64,000 bases of DNA from a virus, in the IMG/VR virus record IMGVR_UViG_3300037258_001195, positions 1-64,000 of that record. The stretch is one strand, 5' to 3'. Shown here in pieces: positions 53,590 through 63,216 of the stretch. The position numbers and the translations under genes were made by a program. The notes beneath the pieces were generated by a model. That model was not told the DNA's origin. It saw nothing but the letters and a program-made list of their open reading frames with translations, and did no database searches. The first letter of the stretch is position 1. Every line of letters starts with the position of its first letter.

Positions 53590-56073
53590 TCAAGCGTTAA
53601 GTTGTAACCAACGGGGGCCGGAAGAAAGCCTCTTCTTAGTCTTCTTCATTCTCTTCTTCCGTTGCGGGCCTAAGTCCCTAGAAACAAGATTCGTTCCGGT
53701 CGAAATGGTATCCATCTTCTGGACCAACGCACCTCGACGTGCAACGATAGTTCCAAAGCCTTGCCTAGCAATCGCATGTTTGTGGTCGCCAGTCTTGAGC
53801 CATCGCTTAAACTCGTCCATCGACATCGCGACCATCGCGCCGAGACGTTCTGGACCAAGTCCATCTCCGTTCGAAGCGAAATAATCGTCCATCACGGCTT
53901 TGGATTTACGATATCCAAGAAAGACCTTGTGTTCGTCGAATAATCCGGTCTGCGCGTCAAACTGATCCACCACGAAGACAAACGGGCTTTTAGGATGTCG
54001 GCCGATGCAGACATCAATCTGATCTCCATCGGCGCCCAAGGTTCCGCGGAGATATCCGTAATCTCCGGCCATTTTAGATGACCATTTCGTCCCGTCATCT
54101 TCATGCCCATGGCGTTTCTTCCCCTTCGGGGTTTCAATCGAAATGCTTAACCCTTGAAGCCAAACATGGGCTTTTTTGTAATTTCCGGCTTTCTTCTGGT
54201 GCTTTGAGGGTTTCTGGACATCTTTGGTCGCGGCGCGCAGGACGGAGTACGCGAGCTTGTGGATTGTGGTTGGAGTTCCTGAAGGCTCCCCATGAGGCCG
54301 TGGCGAGCCGCGCTGCGCGGTGTTCTCACCTTTTGGCTGCGGGCTTCCATCCCCCTTCGGCTTACTACCCGACAATTTCGGCTTACCGCTCGCGTCGTCG
54401 CCTAGACTTCCACTACCCGGCGCGAACTGTTGCCCCTCAACTGCCATGTGAAGAGGGACAATTCCCGCCCCCGTCGTAACAGTTGCAATATCCCCATCGT
54501 CGGCAAACGGTTCTTCACCAAGCTCGGCGCGAATTTCATTCCGAGTCCGGACTCCTTCGTTGATCTGAATTTGCTGAATCTGAGCTTGTTTTAGCAAATC
54601 AACTTCGGGCCGTGGAAGATAGACAAATTCGACATCGTCATAGCCAAAGGCATTTATGATCGGGTCAATTACGTCGTCTTTCCACCAAGTCATAAGGGGG
54701 TAGAGACCCTCTTCCTCGGCAGTCTGTTGTGCGTTTTGCGCCGTCGAGCGATTGGTCTGTTTGATGAATGGAGTTGGACTAACCGAGAACGCATAACATG
54801 CTAGGCGGATTAGCATTTCATCTCTATTGGACCAGAGACTCTCACCCGAAGCGTTTTTAATGTCGAAAGGTTTCATCCCACCAGGAACGAAACGGACCTT
54901 CGATTTGAGAGTCAGATTCCCCGAGAGAACTGCATCGAAATGGGCTTGAAAGGATGCAATCTGGCGTGGCGTCCATTGATCTGGAACAGTCACGATTAAC
55001 TCGGGCATCGAGCCATTACGCCAAAATTCAGCCTGATAAAGGGTTTTTCGAATCGCCTCGGTCGTTTCGATAAGCATTTGTTCAATAGGCGAATAGCCGA
55101 ACATCGGAAGTTCGGGTCGGGGTCGCATAATCGGATAATGAAGCTCATCTTCCGACAAATTAATCATCGGAAGCCCGTAGATGATCTGTTGAAAGGCTGG
55201 CTGGCGACGGATGTAGGTTAGCCCGTCGGGACCAACTTCAACCGTCGTATCGGGACGCCGGCCCGTGTCGTCGATCAGGGGAAAGATCGTCGCGCCATCA
55301 AGAACTTGGGCATATTGAACTTGGTCCGTTCGATCGCGACTAATGTAGATACTGGGAGCGTCGATGTCGAAGAGATCGAAAAGCAGCTTTCGCGACCATT
55401 GGGAATAGCTCATCTTCCCGTCGGGCTTGCGAAAAACCTTCTTCATGTGCTCGACGCCAATAGAAGTCTGGCGTGGTTTGTCTTTACGTTGAATCGTCCA
55501 GGGAATCCGAAGCAACTGGTCCATGCGGGTTGATTCGACCGTCGCCAGAACGCCCCAAGAACTCCGCATCGCGCGAAGCATTCCATAAAGGGCCATACGC
55601 TTGGGGACGTAATTTAGATTATATCCAACCGGAAAGTCCCATTCCCGGGGAACGTTGTAATAGGGCGGACCAAAGGGCCAAACTGGCTCCATTGGGCTAT
55701 ACCAGACATTCGCCATATCAACGTCGTCAATCCACGGCGGCGGCTGAGATAGACGCTCGTCGGCGTATTTGGATCGACTAGGGTAGTTCTCATTTCCCCC
55801 AGGAACACCGAACTGTTGCGGAAATTGCTTCAGTCCGGTTCCTTGGTTTCCAGACGGGCGATTTCGGGGGCCGGTGGGGGCAAATGACGATGTGTTCTGA
55901 TACGCCCGCCCCACCATTCCAACACCAGGGTTGTAGCCGGGGGAGACGGGAATTCCGCGCGACTTAGCGAAATTGTCTTTATCTTGCGACCATTCCGAGA
56001 AGCTCTGACGCGGACGTGGCGAGAATTGATCTGCCTGAAGGTCGCGGAGCTTCGTTAGGAATTCATCATTCAT
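53590..56073 (-). CDS. Portal protein fused to C-terminal InPase (polyvalent-protein pyrophosphatase-like) domain
   Basis: DGATIFPLIDDTGRRP portal core; GNYKK.H...IETPKG...YGYLRGTLGADGDQID...VVDQ...FDEHKV...FKRWL. Confidence 0.88.
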   Translation of the reverse strand: MNDEFLTKLRDLQADQFSPRPRQSFSEWSQDKDNFAKSRGIPVSPGYNPGVGMVGRAYQNTSSFAPTGPRNRPSGNQGTGLKQFPQQFGVPGGNENYPSRSKYADERLSQPPPWIDDVDMANVWYSPMEPVWPFGPPYYNVPREWDFPVGYNLNYVPKRMALYGMLRAMRSSWGVLATVESTRMDQLLRIPWTIQRKDKPRQTSIGVEHMKKVFRKPDGKMSYSQWSRKLLFDLFDIDAPSIYISRDRTDQVQYAQVLDGATIFPLIDDTGRRPDTTVEVGPDGLTYIRRQPAFQQIIYGLPMINLSEDELHYPIMRPRPELPMFGYSPIEQMLIETTEAIRKTLYQAEFWRNGSMPELIVTVPDQWTPRQIASFQAHFDAVLSGNLTLKSKVRFVPGGMKPFDIKNASGESLWSNRDEMLIRLACYAFSVSPTPFIKQTNRSTAQNAQQTAEEEGLYPLMTWWKDDVIDPIINAFGYDDVEFVYLPRPEVDLLKQAQIQQIQINEGVRTRNEIRAELGEEPFADDGDIATVTTGAGIVPLHMAVEGQQFAPGSGSLGDDASGKPKLSGSKPKGDGSPQPKGENTAQRGSPRPHGEPSGTPTTIHKLAYSVLRAATKDVQKPSKHQKKAGNYKKAHVWLQGLSISIETPKGKKRHGHEDDGTKWSSKMAGDYGYLRGTLGADGDQIDVCIGRHPKSPFVFVVDQFDAQTGLFDEHKVFLGYRKSKAVMDDYFASNGDGLGPERLGAMVAMSMDEFKRWLKTGDHKHAIARQGFGTIVARRGALVQKMDTISTGTNLVSRDLGPQRKKRMKKTKKRLSSGPRWLQLNA

Positions 56074-56210
56074 AGCAGGCCTTGCACAACGCCAAGCCAT
56101 TCTGGACAATTAAGGGTCTTAAAGCATCGTTTCTCAAGTACGTAACACAAGTAACACTTTGGATGAATCCAACCTTTTAATTTTGTATTGATTATATATG
56201 GAATTTGGTC

Positions 56211-56250
56211 TGGGTGTTGCCCCGCAGTTTGGATTTCTGCGGGGCACCCA
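56211..56250. other. Strong hairpin upstream of the portal gene
   Basis: TGGGTG-TT-GCCCCGCAG...CTGCGGGGC-ACCCA. Confidence 0.6.
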
Positions 56251-56477
56251 TCACGTAAATGGTCCAAGCGTTGCTCGCTCTCCACACGCGGCCGGCGACG
56301 GTTTTGGTCCGCTGCTCGGTGTGAGGCCCCAGGAATCGACAGATGATGGCCAGTCCCAGTCAAGGGAGCCTCCAAGCCTCGTTCAGTCTTGGAGCGCTAC
56401 CAAACATCCCGTATCTCCTCGTGGTTAGACCTCGGGGTTGCGTCGTGCTTACGCATCGCAGGCACCCGCAAGCGGGC

Positions 56478-56708
56478 TCAGTGAAAGACAAGATCGCTTC
56501 CATTCTCGGGCGAAATCATTTGGTCCGGTTCTGTTTCGCCCCGTTTGGCTTGGATTTTTGCGTAACCGACAATCTCAAGATTCCGCAATTTCACGGCGCG
56601 GAGCTTGTTCTCGACCGCGATGATTGCCAGGGGCGAACCTTTTCGTCCGGGTGCGTAGCCTACGACCATACCCTCTTCGCCGGACTTGAGCTTGACCAAG
56701 AGCTTCAT
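56478..56708 (-). CDS. Hypothetical protein
   Basis: ATGA overlap with TerL stop. Confidence 0.6.
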   Translation of the reverse strand: MKLLVKLKSGEEGMVVGYAPGRKGSPLAIIAVENKLRAVKLRNLEIVGYAKIQAKRGETEPDQMISPENGSDLVFH

Positions 56709-58195
56709 GCCGCGTCCCTCGCATGTCCATAACCAGCGCAGCCTGGATGCCAGACAAATTCCCCGTCCGACACGCGATCCCCGGCCGAAACTGGGTCACC
56801 GCAGCGATGACATGTCCGCTCGCGGCGCGGCGTGAGGGCTTCGACGGTGGATTGATAGATTTTCGTCAGTTCGTTCTCGAAATCGACACCGAGATTCTCA
56901 TCTTCGTGATTCCACGGGAGCCGCGGCTTCGGATCGTCAGAGACATTCTCGATTGTCCGCTTGGCTTCGCCGGCGTAGTAGGACATAAGGCTCGCCCCGG
57001 GCGCGACTTCGGTCAGCATTTGGCGCGCGAGAGCCAGGGAACACACGCAATCGTCGTTATGTCCCTCTGGGGCAGAATATCTAACGCCAGTACGGGTGGT
57101 CTCGTATTCGAAAATTTCCAATTCTTGGGAAATCGGCCCCTCGGGATAACCGATGTCGTGGCCTTGAATAGAGACGGAAAGCCCCTCCATCAGACGCTGC
57201 TTCGAGAGTTGGGTGAAATTATAGCCTGTGAAATTTCCATGCTCGACCTGGAGTTCTTCCAGTACTGGGTCGCCAACTCCGGTTGAGTCCACCAGGGCCG
57301 GCGTGTCTTCCCCGACAATCGCGTGGATGCGCCGAATTGATTCGGTCCAGGGAACTCCGCGCCACCGCTCGAAAACAGCCGTTTGACCATCCTCATCGAG
57401 GCCAATGACCACGAGATAGTCTTGTTTTTTCGCGAGGTCGACGCCGAAGGCAACTGCGGGCTTGAGGCTTAGACCGTTTTGGATGCACGCGGAGATATGG
57501 GCAAAGCCGAATGGGTTTCCGCCGTCGTCACTGGCCGCCGCCTCATACAGCTCCAGGAAGACTTGTTCGGGAAGATTTCGCCGAGCGTCTTCGATTTCCT
57601 CGATGTCCAGGACGCCCGCATCGACCGCGTCGCGCCAAGTGATCCGCTCGAAATGTGCGTTGGGGTCTTTGCCTGCCTCGACTCGGCGCGCCCACTCGTA
57701 GAACCAATTCCTTCGGCCCTTGACGTTGCCGATGATAACCGCCCAGCCGCGCGTTGCGGTCAAGGTTGATCGGACGGCATACCATGCTTCCGGGCGGGCG
57801 CGGCTAGCTTCATCGATAACAGCGCCGAAGACGTCTTCGCCATAGAGACTGTCGGGATTGTCCGCCGACTTAAACCAGAGGACTGCGCCGGTAATTAAGG
57901 TGATTGATGGAGTCGGGCTTTCGCGCGCCGTGAAAGATCCCGCCGTTAGGTTTTGCTTGACGCGGGCGAAGGCGATCCGAGCTTGGTCGGAAACCGGCGC
58001 GACCCACCAGAAGTTCTGGCCGAAAGTCCCATTCAGGCCGGCCTCGATGAGCCGCACGATCGCCCCGACAGTTTTGCCTGATTTGGTTGAGGCTTCGCAA
58101 AGAGCCCAACGTTTGGACGGGAATATGGCGCGTTCTTGCTTTGGATATAAATACGGGCGCTCGTAAACGGTTATGGGTGAACCAGTTTCGTCCAA
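56705..58195 (-). CDS. terL: Terminase large subunit (different clade from module A)
   Basis: ASTKSGKT Walker A; AVIDEA Walker B; GVDLAK, DSTGVG, NDDCV nuclease motifs. Confidence 0.9.
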   Translation of the reverse strand: MDETGSPITVYERPYLYPKQERAIFPSKRWALCEASTKSGKTVGAIVRLIEAGLNGTFGQNFWWVAPVSDQARIAFARVKQNLTAGSFTARESPTPSITLITGAVLWFKSADNPDSLYGEDVFGAVIDEASRARPEAWYAVRSTLTATRGWAVIIGNVKGRRNWFYEWARRVEAGKDPNAHFERITWRDAVDAGVLDIEEIEDARRNLPEQVFLELYEAAASDDGGNPFGFAHISACIQNGLSLKPAVAFGVDLAKKQDYLVVIGLDEDGQTAVFERWRGVPWTESIRRIHAIVGEDTPALVDSTGVGDPVLEELQVEHGNFTGYNFTQLSKQRLMEGLSVSIQGHDIGYPEGPISQELEIFEYETTRTGVRYSAPEGHNDDCVCSLALARQMLTEVAPGASLMSYYAGEAKRTIENVSDDPKPRLPWNHEDENLGVDFENELTKIYQSTVEALTPRRERTCHRCGDPVSAGDRVSDGEFVWHPGCAGYGHARDAA

Positions 58196-58220
58196 AACTT
58201 TCGCCCGTCTCCCAGGAGCA

Positions 58221-58255
58221 AAAATGGACCGCTCAACCTCGAAAGGGAGCGGTCC
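58221..58255 (-). terminator. Intrinsic terminator-like hairpin just upstream of TerL
   Basis: GGACCGCTC...GAGCGGTCC followed by ATTTTT on the minus strand. Confidence 0.65.
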
Positions 58256-58406
58256 TAGTTCCTGCCCAAGTCCTCAAAGCTGCCAGCGCAATGCACCAGC
58301 ATGATTTATAATGAGTGACTGGGAGGGGGAAACGCAAGCGGAATTTTCGTTAAACTAAGAATTCTTGAGTTGGTATCCTCTAATGAGCATACAACCATCT
58401 TCCATC

Positions 58407-58883
58407 TTACGTCAGCACTTTGGTTGCGAAGTCTCGACGTATCCTATTCGTCACGACCCACGGAGCGGTAGTGCAGATGCGTTCGATTCCCCGAGTGTAA
58501 TATCTCTTAACTTGATACCCACTGGTTTCCAATTCGTCTGCTATTCGGCGCCAATTGTATAATCGCCGCCCAGTTATAGGATGTAGGAGGGTCCGCTTTC
58601 TTACCGTCTTACGCATCCGCCGAGTATAGACTTCATCGGTAACTAGGATGTAATTCGGAAGGAGGAGAATGTCTTCCATTAGTCCGATTTCGTTCGGCCC
58701 AGGCGCGGCGATACGGAGGCCGATTCTAGCACGAAATTGGACTACTTCGAAAATGTCTTGAGAGAAATCGGGCCACCATCCGGCGCCCTCAGATGGTCCA
58801 ACTCTTCGGCCCGGCATCGCGATGAGGCGTTGTCCGGCCCATTCGAGCCAACTTTCCAATTCGCTTGGCTCGACCGTTGCCAT
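58407..58883 (-). CDS. Putative late transcription regulator/antiterminator (DUF6362-like)
   Basis: W.RIADEL...VKRYY.RGIERI C-terminal HTH; directly before late promoter region. Confidence 0.6.
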   Translation of the reverse strand: MATVEPSELESWLEWAGQRLIAMPGRRVGPSEGAGWWPDFSQDIFEVVQFRARIGLRIAAPGPNEIGLMEDILLLPNYILVTDEVYTRRMRKTVRKRTLLHPITGRRLYNWRRIADELETSGYQVKRYYTRGIERICTTAPWVVTNRIRRDFATKVLT

Positions 58884-58884
58884 A

Positions 58885-59085
58885 TCAATGCAGCCTCGAC
58901 TCTTCTAATTCATGAACAGGACAACACGAACCAAATGCAAGGTGCCCCGGCCAAGGTTGAGTTTTTGGGCACGTACATCCTTGCATTTGGGCTGACTCAC
59001 TGCCGGGAAACGGATCTGGACGAAATCTCTCATGTCCGGCGGGTAATGTGACTGTTATTATGTCCTGATTATTATCGTTTGCCAT
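58885..59085 (-). CDS. Small Cys-rich phage protein
   Basis: PGSESA...GCTCP...CPVH. Confidence 0.6.
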   Translation of the reverse strand: MANDNNQDIITVTLPAGHERFRPDPFPGSESAQMQGCTCPKTQPWPGHLAFGSCCPVHELEESRLH

Positions 59086-59086
59086 C

Positions 59087-59755
59087 TCATCCGTTCCAAT
59101 CGACGATTCCGGTTCCGGTAAAATGGCCGAGAGATGTCAGATCCATTTTCGGGTGCGCGATGTCCCGCCAAAGATAGATCATATTGGGCTCGCGTATGTC
59201 GTCGAAAATCACAATTGGATTATTGTCGAATTCAGCATTATCCAGAAGTCGTATGAATTTATGTTCTGTTTTTCCATCCTTGGGTCCGTCAACGAAAATT
59301 AGATTTGCTGCTTTGAATACGGGAAGCTTGAATAATGTAGGGTCTATCATATCTCCAGTTAATTGGAGAATTCGACCATTGGCGAAATCGGAATCCTCAA
59401 ACCAATTTTCCTTGTATTTAGTATTATCGACCGTGATGATATTGCAATTTGCAGGAGCACCTTCTGCCAGGGCGATGGTTCCCATTCCGGTGTAAGTGCA
59501 AAATTCCCAGATTATTTTCGGCTGGAATAGCTTTGCGGCACAGGTCAATAGGTTGTAATGTTCTCCAGGCCAATGCTTAAACCAAGGGTATAAGCCGTCT
59601 CGATTTCGATTTGCTAACAAAGGGTGCTCAACGGTCGAGATATGTTCACCAAGGTATTCGACGAAATTCAAGATTCTTCCACTTGGACCTGAGCTAGGAT
59701 CATCGTCGAGAGAGATGAGCCGGCTTGGATAGTCCCAACGGGGTTTTGTGCTCAT
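59087..59755 (-). CDS. Class I SAM-dependent methyltransferase (Methyltransf_24-like)
   Basis: EFCTYTGMGT; IFVDGPKD; VIFDDI. Confidence 0.85.
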   Translation of the reverse strand: MSTKPRWDYPSRLISLDDDPSSGPSGRILNFVEYLGEHISTVEHPLLANRNRDGLYPWFKHWPGEHYNLLTCAAKLFQPKIIWEFCTYTGMGTIALAEGAPANCNIITVDNTKYKENWFEDSDFANGRILQLTGDMIDPTLFKLPVFKAANLIFVDGPKDGKTEHKFIRLLDNAEFDNNPIVIFDDIREPNMIYLWRDIAHPKMDLTSLGHFTGTGIVDWNG

Positions 59756-60339
59756 AATGGTTTCTCCGCTTCAAAGGTCATAGTTTCGAGTTGGAGGAAT
59801 CCGGGCGGCATTCGGGAATCGTTCTCAAGGTTCTGGAAGGTTTCATCCTCGCTCTTTCCGATCGCGCACCGTTTGAAGTCTCTAAATCCGACTGAATTCA
59901 TTGTCAGACACAAGGCTTCTTGGGTATATATGAATTGATGTCCCCATGCCCGAACGAAATTATTTACGACGTATGCTACCGAAAAGGATGAGTGGCCCTG
60001 GGGAAGTCGAAACTCCCGCGCTGCCCAATTTATGTAATTATGTCGTTCTAGGCCAGCGGGGTCGGACAAGAGGGCGGCGAGGAACATGAGGTCGGGGGTT
60101 GAGATTCGAATGCGCCCGCCGGGCTGGAGGACTCGATAGCATTCCGCGAGCATGTGTAGTCCATCTTTCGCACTTATGTGCTCGATCATGTGCTCGGAAA
60201 AGATTCTGTCGATCGAATTGTCGTTGAAAGGAAATCGCTTTGTTGCATCAAGGAATGTTGTGTTTTCGCGGCGACAGATGTCGGCATTGATCCAGCCGTC
60301 TAGCGGATGATCGCCGCAGCCGATGTTGAGCTTCTTCAT
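59752..60339 (-). CDS. Class I SAM-dependent methyltransferase (Methyltransf_11-like)
   Basis: KLNIGCG; SEHMIEH; ECYRVLQPGG.IRISTPD. Confidence 0.88.
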   Translation of the reverse strand: MKKLNIGCGDHPLDGWINADICRRENTTFLDATKRFPFNDNSIDRIFSEHMIEHISAKDGLHMLAECYRVLQPGGRIRISTPDLMFLAALLSDPAGLERHNYINWAAREFRLPQGHSSFSVAYVVNNFVRAWGHQFIYTQEALCLTMNSVGFRDFKRCAIGKSEDETFQNLENDSRMPPGFLQLETMTFEAEKPL

Positions 60340-60340
60340 C

Positions 60341-61192
60341 TTACGGCCTCGCTAGGACAGAATCGCAAAACTTGTCGAAAACTTCAGCGCCCGATGGCTC
60401 GGTTTCTTCCCATCGCTTCAGGCCGTCGATAATCTCATACAGGGCGTGGAGGATGTCGTTCGTTGCGAGATATTGATCTTTTCCGGGGCCATGCTGAGCA
60501 TTTTGCAGTCTCTCGAATGCAAATTCCCAGACGTCTTTCGGTGCCCGCATTCCGCTGCGATCTTTCTGGTCCGTATAGCGATTGGTTTTTTCGAGCCACG
60601 CCGAGATGTCTTCGTGGGAGAGATGGTCGATATAGACGGGAAAATCTGGACCTGATGGTGCAATATTTCCGACAATCTTTGCCCCCGCATGTACGGTGTC
60701 AGTTCGTTGTATTGCACCTTTTCGGTACAACGTTGGGCGATATTCTGGCCAATATCTAGCACGCGGATCATGACGACCGAGAATCCAATGTTTGATCGGG
60801 ATCATTAATACGTCAAAATTGGGGGCGCCTGGTATACTGTCGTTGTTAACAAAGTTTCGCAGGAAATATTCTGCCCCTTCCGAGAGGATCTCGTCGTCGT
60901 CGAGGCAAATTCTCCAGTCGTGTGTGCAGAGGATGTCAGCAAAAGCGCGAGTTGGCTCGACGGTTGGGGACCAATCTGTTCGCTGATATTTGATATTATA
61001 TTCACGCAATATATCTACATTCACTAATTTGGGAAATAGGAATGCGCTATCACGTAATATCTGTCGTTTATCAACTAGAATAAGTTCATCAACCCAACTA
61101 GCAGCTTTAAGGGTTGCGGCCAAAATCTTGTCGCTTCTGGTTCCCGCTGTTATGATGAAGGCGCTGATTGGGGTCTGTTTGATTTTGCTCAT
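60341..61192 (-). CDS. GT2-family glycosyltransferase (WaaE/KdtX-like)
   Basis: WVDELILVD; LDDDE; VH; KTNRYT. Confidence 0.82.
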   Translation of the reverse strand: MSKIKQTPISAFIITAGTRSDKILAATLKAASWVDELILVDKRQILRDSAFLFPKLVNVDILREYNIKYQRTDWSPTVEPTRAFADILCTHDWRICLDDDEILSEGAEYFLRNFVNNDSIPGAPNFDVLMIPIKHWILGRHDPRARYWPEYRPTLYRKGAIQRTDTVHAGAKIVGNIAPSGPDFPVYIDHLSHEDISAWLEKTNRYTDQKDRSGMRAPKDVWEFAFERLQNAQHGPGKDQYLATNDILHALYEIIDGLKRWEETEPSGAEVFDKFCDSVLARP

Positions 61193-61833
61193 GGCTCGAT
61201 TGCCTCTTGCAGATAGTATTCTCCGGGGACAAACTTCAGTCCCTGATTGACGCTTTTGCCTGCGTGAGTTGGGTCAAACAGGCGAACGGGAAGGACTCGA
61301 AAATCAAAGCTGACTCGAGTGGTCTTTGTGTCGTTGATCAAGTTTCCATGTCGAACGCGATTAGCGTCGAACATGATTGCTTGGCCGAAATGCGTGTTAA
61401 TTGGAATTGCTTTATGGCTTTCATCTTCGATCCAAATCGAATTGGATCTTCGGGCGTCGGTTAGGGGAAGCCAAAAGTTCACCTCTCCCTCCGGGTGGCC
61501 GTACTTGAGGTCCGTGTGAAATTCGCCGACGGCTTTGTTGCCAATTAGGCTAATTCGAAATGTCGGGATTGCCTGAACATAAAAGGGTTCGGTGATTATA
61601 GGGCCTACAAACTCACGTATGAATGCGGTGTAGAGGGTTTTCCAGGTTGAAAACCCGGCATAAAGTTTTTTGTGAAATTCTGTCTGTTGGTCGTCCTCGC
61701 GTTTGCGGACGCTAATTCCATAGCTGTAAAGTTTTGATAAGTCTGCTGTTTCTAGCGTCTTTGCTGTTCGCGTTGCGAAAGGAAATTCTTCGGTCGAGTA
61801 TTGAAGGACTCGATATAGCTCGGGAGTGGTCAT
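61189..61833 (-). CDS. 2OG-Fe(II) oxygenase-like protein (StrG-like)
   Basis: FHTD...NFWLPLT...HGN..N....TRVSFDFR. Confidence 0.78.
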   Translation of the reverse strand: MTTPELYRVLQYSTEEFPFATRTAKTLETADLSKLYSYGISVRKREDDQQTEFHKKLYAGFSTWKTLYTAFIREFVGPIITEPFYVQAIPTFRISLIGNKAVGEFHTDLKYGHPEGEVNFWLPLTDARRSNSIWIEDESHKAIPINTHFGQAIMFDANRVRHGNLINDTKTTRVSFDFRVLPVRLFDPTHAGKSVNQGLKFVPGEYYLQEAIEP

Positions 61834-62501
61834 GGGAGTTCCTTCCACTCGATCTTAGACCGCACATAGTTGTTAGCGAGTGATTTCCAGTCCAGATATT
61901 CGGCCGAGGGGAGGACTTTCGGAACGTTGAAGATTCCGTGGAAGCCGAAAGTCGACCTCGGTGCCTCGCGCTCGAAGGAGAATTCGCTCGCTACGTCCAA
62001 TGGTGCCCACTGAAATCCTTCGGCCTCTAGGGCGGGTCGATATTCTCGGCAGAGGGTTTCGTCTTCGGGAATGATTGGGGGAAATTTAGTTGGGTTGTTG
62101 GCAAGAAATCGCATCAACTTCGTTGAGCGGAGGCTGAATCCGCCGTTTCCGACATTATGGCTGGTATGCCACGGCCAGGGTGCTCCGATATAGTCGTATT
62201 GAATCCAACTGGGATTCCAGCGGGTTCCGTCGAGAACGAAGCCGTCGTATTGGATGTGAAGGACGTGGGAAGCTAGCACCCCAATACCTGCTGGAGAACT
62301 CCATCTAGCACGTTCGACTTCCTCCATTGATCGAATACAATGATAAAAGTTTGTAGTTTCTCCGGTAAAATTTCTGTCAGAGATGCAAATAATGTCTGCG
62401 GGGGTGATTTCCTCTAGTGTTTTATTGATTGCTAATTGGGTTAGCTCGTGCGCCACGCAATCGATGACGAGGACCGCAACATTGGGAAGGTTCGTCGGCA
62501 T
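61830..62501 (-). CDS. DUF5672 family (GT-A-like) protein
   Basis: IQYDGF; YDYIGAPW; VGNGGFSLRS; PED; FGFH. Confidence 0.85.
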   Translation of the reverse strand: MPTNLPNVAVLVIDCVAHELTQLAINKTLEEITPADIICISDRNFTGETTNFYHCIRSMEEVERARWSSPAGIGVLASHVLHIQYDGFVLDGTRWNPSWIQYDYIGAPWPWHTSHNVGNGGFSLRSTKLMRFLANNPTKFPPIIPEDETLCREYRPALEAEGFQWAPLDVASEFSFEREAPRSTFGFHGIFNVPKVLPSAEYLDWKSLANNYVRSKIEWKELP

Positions 62502-62523
62502 GTTGGGACTCCGACTGAGGTTG

Positions 62524-62994
62524 TTAGAGGATGATTGGACCCTCGCCGCGCCAAACGTAAAGGGGGTCGGCTGCTAGGAGGGCGAAACTGAGCCGAAGGT
62601 CTGCTTGTGGCGCGCCAGGCCGTAGGTTCTTGGCGATTACAAGGGCTTTGGTCGGGACATTCAGCGCCTTACGCACGACGGGCTCGTAGAGATTGCGGAT
62701 CTTGTCTAGGATTGTGGGAATCCAGGTGAGCTTGACATCGACGACGATCGTATAGGCTTCTTCAATGTCGTGGATGAGGATGTCCGGGCAACAGGTGCGG
62801 GGGATTCCGTCGAAACCTTGATACTCGAACCAAGGGTTGTGTTCGATGGTTAGTCCGCTTTTGATTCCGAACAGGGCCTTGACGACCTTGCGCTCGTACC
62901 GAAGACCGTCCAGAGCCGCAATTTGTCCAACAGGGCGGCTGACTGCCCGATTGGGAATTCGAGTTGCGCTCTGGACGATCATTGGTTGGACCAT
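62524..62994 (-). CDS. PD-(D/E)xK nuclease-like protein
   Basis: YE...PDIL...VDVKL. Confidence 0.6.
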   Translation of the reverse strand: MVQPMIVQSATRIPNRAVSRPVGQIAALDGLRYERKVVKALFGIKSGLTIEHNPWFEYQGFDGIPRTCCPDILIHDIEEAYTIVVDVKLTWIPTILDKIRNLYEPVVRKALNVPTKALVIAKNLRPGAPQADLRLSFALLAADPLYVWRGEGPIIL

Positions 62995-63024
62995 AACTGA
63001 TTTCCCCCGAAAATAAAATGTCCT

Positions 63025-63216
63025 TTAGGCAGCTAGACGATGAATTGGGTGGGAGCTAGATTTGTCGTCTGTCTCCCGCCCAGCACGGACTTGGACCACC
63101 TTGGGTTGGGGCACCCTAGGGGCTTTGACGATCTTGTCCTCAATTCGCTCCACGAGCCAAACGGTTGGACGCCGTTCGGTTCGGCCCCAAGGACCAGGAA
63201 GTTTAATTTCAGTCAT
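63025..63216 (-). CDS. Hypothetical protein
   Basis: Overlaps upstream stop; AAGGAA RBS. Confidence 0.5.
   Translation of the reverse strand: MTEIKLPGPWGRTERRPTVWLVERIEDKIVKAPRVPQPKVVQVRAGRETDDKSSSHPIHRLAA

Noticed and set aside
56108-56124. TTAA...TTAA as a CtrA box
   Set aside because: Spacing is 5 nt, not the TTAA-N7-TTAA consensus.
56365-56395. CTGAACGAG within a stem as a hammerhead ribozyme
   Set aside because: Core spacing does not fit CUGANGA, and no matching GAAA strand was found.
62524-62994. PD-(D/E)xK nuclease plus nearby methyltransferases as a restriction-modification system
   Set aside because: The methyltransferases lack DNA-MTase catalytic motifs (DPPY/NPPY/PCQ) and resemble small-molecule or sugar methyltransferases.
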